40,436 nt of DNA from a virus (taxonomy: Duplodnaviria > Heunggongvirae > Uroviricota > Caudoviricetes). The DNA is taken from the IMG/VR virus record IMGVR_UViG_2737471852_000004. One strand, written 5' to 3'. Positions 37,207 through 40,436 of this stretch are shown here, piece after piece. The notes beneath the pieces are model-generated. The model saw nothing but the letters and a program-made list of their open reading frames with translations, was not told the DNA's origin and ran no database searches. The position numbers were made by a program, and so were the translations under genes. Each line of letters starts with the position of its first letter. The stretch's first letter is position 1.

Positions 37207-38405
37207 TGGCTCTGAACCTTGATTCTCTCGGTTTATCTGCAAAGGTAACCGCGGAGGGGATCAGTGCGCCTGATTATCAGACGATACTCAGCACCCTGAT
37301 TAGCTATTTTCAGCAGATTTATGGCAGTGATGCCTACCTCGAACCGGACAGCAAAGACGGCCAGATGGTGGCTCTGATGGCGCTGGCGATTCATGATGCC
37401 AATAATATGGCGATAACTGTCTACAACTGTTTTTCACCGGCAACCGGCTATGGGGCTGCACTGACCAGTAACGTGAAAATAAATGGTATTTCACGTAAAG
37501 GCGCGACGAATTCTACGGTTGATTTGCTTCTTACAGGAACTGCCGGAACAACCATCATTAATGGCAGCGTGAAAGACAGTAATAATGTGATATGGCGTTT
37601 GCCTGCTTCAGTGGTGGTCGGCGTGGATGGTACAGTGATGGTGACCGCAAAATGTTCCGTCAGTGGTGCAGTGGCGGCGCTGGCTGGAACTATCACTGAA
37701 ATTAATACGCCAACCCGTGGCTGGGTTTCGGTAACCAATCCTGCTGCAGCTACTGTAGGCACTCCAGCAGAAACTGATGCGGAGTTACGTATCCGCCAGT
37801 CGCAAAGTGTTGCGTTGCCATCAATAACCCCATTTGAAGCACTGGATGGTGCTGTTTCTAATGTTACCGGTGTAACCCGCCACAAACTCTATGAAAACGA
37901 TACTGGTTCGGAGGACGGTAACGGGTTACCGCCACACTCTGTTGCTGTAATTGTGGATGGCGGTGATGTAACGGATATTGCTCAGGCTATCAGAGGAAAT
38001 AAAGGCCAGGGGACAGCCACTCACGGTACAACATCCGTTACGGTTCCGGATAAATACGGCAATCCCCATGTAATCAAATTCTCGCGTTCCAGTGATGTGC
38101 CTGTTTATGCCCGGATTAAATTAAAAGTTTTTACGGGTTATACCTCACAGATAGGGCAGCAGATCCAGCAGGCTATTTCCGACTATATCAATAGTCTGAT
38201 GATTGGTGATTCGGTCCTTTTAAGTCGCATTTACTCACCGGCGAATCTTGGCGTGGTGAGTAGCGGGAATGCACGCTATTACGATATTCAGGAACTGACG
38301 ATTGGGAAATCCCCGGGGGCTTTGTCGTCATCAAACATTGATATCAGATACAACGAATCTGCGTCCTGTACCCCGGAAAATATCGTTATAACGGTGGAGT
38401 CATGA
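37206..38405 (+). CDS. Baseplate J-like protein
   Basis: 399 aa; position and size fit the gpJ/gp47 baseplate family. Confidence 0.6.
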   Translation: MALNLDSLGLSAKVTAEGISAPDYQTILSTLISYFQQIYGSDAYLEPDSKDGQMVALMALAIHDANNMAITVYNCFSPATGYGAALTSNVKINGISRKGATNSTVDLLLTGTAGTTIINGSVKDSNNVIWRLPASVVVGVDGTVMVTAKCSVSGAVAALAGTITEINTPTRGWVSVTNPAAATVGTPAETDAELRIRQSQSVALPSITPFEALDGAVSNVTGVTRHKLYENDTGSEDGNGLPPHSVAVIVDGGDVTDIAQAIRGNKGQGTATHGTTSVTVPDKYGNPHVIKFSRSSDVPVYARIKLKVFTGYTSQIGQQIQQAISDYINSLMIGDSVLLSRIYSPANLGVVSSGNARYYDIQELTIGKSPGALSSSNIDIRYNESASCTPENIVITVES

Positions 38406-39082
38406 GCAAATACACCGAACTAATCACGAACTACCACGCCACCAAACCTAAATTTCTTGCGCATGTTGATCTGATGACCCGGCCACTTATTGATGTTGCG
38501 GCTGCCACCAGAGGGCTGATTACTGCATTTGATATTGACTCTGCGGTTGGTGTGCAACTTGACATTCTTGGATTGTGGATCGGACGTAGCCGTGTTGTCA
38601 GCCAGCCTATCTCAGGTGTCTATTTCAGCTGGGATACCGACGGGCTTGGATATGATCAGGGGGTATGGCAGGGACCATACGATCCTGATTCAGGATACAT
38701 GTATCTCAGCGATGAAACTTATCGTGTCATTCTTAAAGCGAAGATTGCGATTAATAACTGGGATGGACGGAATGATTCGCTTCCGGCAATTCTTGACGCG
38801 GCGACAGCAGGATCCGGACTGCGAATGCAGATAGTCGATAACCAGGACATGACGATATCGGTCTGGGTCTTTCCTGATACTGATATTTCAGATGTATCGC
38901 GTGAGTTAATTGCGGCAATTAAACAGGGGTATCTCACAGTAAAAGCCGCCGGGGTATGGGCGGGTGGCATTGAAACACCTTCGGTGGAAACCCCATCGGA
39001 AGGCTCAAAATTTTTTGGTTTTGATATGGATAACGAATTCATCAGTGGTTTTGATGTAGGAGCATGGGGAGTATTACTCTGA
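38402..39082 (+). CDS. Putative baseplate / tail-fiber attachment protein
   Basis: 226 aa; between J-like and fiber genes. Confidence 0.45.
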   Translation: MSKYTELITNYHATKPKFLAHVDLMTRPLIDVAAATRGLITAFDIDSAVGVQLDILGLWIGRSRVVSQPISGVYFSWDTDGLGYDQGVWQGPYDPDSGYMYLSDETYRVILKAKIAINNWDGRNDSLPAILDAATAGSGLRMQIVDNQDMTISVWVFPDTDISDVSRELIAAIKQGYLTVKAAGVWAGGIETPSVETPSEGSKFFGFDMDNEFISGFDVGAWGVLL

Positions 39083-40230
39083 TGGCGAAAAATGACTTTA
39101 AAGCGTTTGCAACGGATCGAAATGCCAATGTTATATCGCAGGAGGAATGGGAAGCGTTGCCCGCGCTTTTATCCGGATTTACAGCAGGGAAAGCCTCTAG
39201 TGCGCAAGTCAATAAGGTTATTCGGCAGGCCAGCTTTATTGCTGCAGCTCTGGCCCAGTTTGTAAGTGATAAAACGCAACGGGATGTGCTTGATAATGGT
39301 GATCTGCCCGGTTTTGTTGAATTGCTGGGATCGGGGTTTGCTGTTGAATACCTGAGCCGCAAGAATCCGTTTGGCGATATCAAATCGGATGGCACTGTGC
39401 AAACGGCTCTCGAAAACCTGGGAATGACAGACATTCTGAATGATAAACAGGATAAAAATGATAATCTGACATCATTGTCGAGCTTAACAGGAATACCGGA
39501 TGGGCTGGCATTTTTTACAGGTGCTGGAACAATGGATATGACAGCGCTGACTCAAAATGGTAGGGAAATTTTAAGTAAAAAAAACGTATCGGAAACTCTA
39601 CAATATTTAACACTTGGTGATGGAACAGGAAGGCTTTTGGGGGTTCAGGTATTTGGATCATCTGGGACTTATCACAAATCACCTGGTGTAACGAAAATTA
39701 TAGTGGAAGCCGTTGGCGGTGGTGGTGCCAGTGGCAATTTATCAGCAACAGCCTCAAATAACTGTGGTGTAAGTGCTGCCGGTTCCAACGGGGCATATGC
39801 TAAAGCATTTTTTTATCAGTCTATACCTGAATCCGTGCAAGTAACTATTGGAAGCGGTGGTGTAGCAGGAACAGGACCAGGAGGCTCTGGAGGTGACGGC
39901 GGGAATACAAGCTTTGGTGATTTGCTTGTATGCCCGGGAGGAAGGGGATCAACTCAAGTTCAGCAGGTACCTCCATTTTCAGGGGGAAGTGCAACAGAAG
40001 CACCAATTCCTACAGGGCAAGGGATTCTGTTCCATTCAGTTTCACGATCAAATTTATGTGGGGCACTTGGACTTGGTGATGATCAGGCGATTGGCGTTGA
40101 AAGTATAACCACTACTATGCTTGGGACATACGGTATTGGCGGGACAGGTAAATACAATAAGGCGTCATCAGGCCCAGCGACAGGAAATAATGGAAATCAG
40201 GGATATATTCTTGTGTGGGAGTATCAGTAA
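39082..40230 (+). CDS. Tail fiber protein with Gly-rich C-terminal region
   Basis: N-terminus MAKNDFKAFATDRNANVISQEEWEALPALLSGFTAGKASSAQVN typical of phage side tail fiber N-termini; Gly-rich distal half. Confidence 0.7.
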   Translation: MAKNDFKAFATDRNANVISQEEWEALPALLSGFTAGKASSAQVNKVIRQASFIAAALAQFVSDKTQRDVLDNGDLPGFVELLGSGFAVEYLSRKNPFGDIKSDGTVQTALENLGMTDILNDKQDKNDNLTSLSSLTGIPDGLAFFTGAGTMDMTALTQNGREILSKKNVSETLQYLTLGDGTGRLLGVQVFGSSGTYHKSPGVTKIIVEAVGGGGASGNLSATASNNCGVSAAGSNGAYAKAFFYQSIPESVQVTIGSGGVAGTGPGGSGGDGGNTSFGDLLVCPGGRGSTQVQQVPPFSGGSATEAPIPTGQGILFHSVSRSNLCGALGLGDDQAIGVESITTTMLGTYGIGGTGKYNKASSGPATGNNGNQGYILVWEYQ

Positions 40231-40436
40231 TGAGCGATATTTATGCAGTCGTACAAAATGGTGTCGTTACAAATCTTGTTGTATGGGATGGTAAGTCAGA
40301 GTTTAAGCCAGAAAAAGCGGATATAGTTAAATGTGTTGGAGATGTTGGTATTGGCTGGTTATATGATGGTGAAAAATTCATCAAGCCTTCCTTAAAACAA
40401 GACGACGTTATACTTACTGAGTGGAGAGCCAGTTAA
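40230..40436 (+). CDS. Small protein after tail fiber (possible tail fiber assembly/chaperone-like)
   Basis: 68 aa, TAATG-coupled to the fiber gene; window ends at its stop. Confidence 0.35.
   Translation: MSDIYAVVQNGVVTNLVVWDGKSEFKPEKADIVKCVGDVGIGWLYDGEKFIKPSLKQDDVILTEWRAS

Noticed and set aside
1-40436. CRISPR arrays, rRNA/tRNA genes, IS elements/transposases
   Set aside because: No regularly spaced direct repeats with unique spacers, no rRNA/tRNA-like structure that folds, and no transposase-like ORF or terminal inverted repeats were seen on either strand.

Overview
From about 1.3 kb to the end, this window is a mosaic temperate prophage with lambdoid organisation; the left flank (1-1248) is a host LacY-family MFS permease. 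Leftward PL operon (minus strand, 8837 down to 1773): N-like antiterminator, cIII/kil/arf-position micro-ORFs, Erf recombinase, a compact SSB-like protein, about ten small accessory genes (Ead/Ea22-like, ASCH-like, Cys-rich and a long E/A/K/R coiled-coil protein), and an AlpA-type excisionase. No integrase lies between xis and the host gene. The immunity region (9152-10479) is P22-type c2 repressor, cro and cII-like with TTAAG-type operators. Rightward: O-like initiator with ori iterons, DnaB-like helicase, a lambda-like nin region (NinB, Dam-like methyltransferase, NinE/F/G/H, Ser/Thr phosphatase), lambda-type Q, PR' and two terminators, then S-R-Rz/Rz1 lysis. The late region has KilA-N protein, HNH endonuclease, small and large terminase, Mu-like head genes (portal, F-like), capsid, and a contractile tail (sheath, tube, chaperone with a candidate -1 frameshift, tape measure, baseplate, tail fiber). 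The most unusual element is a two-gene moron (secreted protein plus small membrane protein with its own promoter and terminator) inside the baseplate cluster. No defence system is recognisable by similarity. All calls rest on reading the ORF translations and recalled family motifs; no database search was run.
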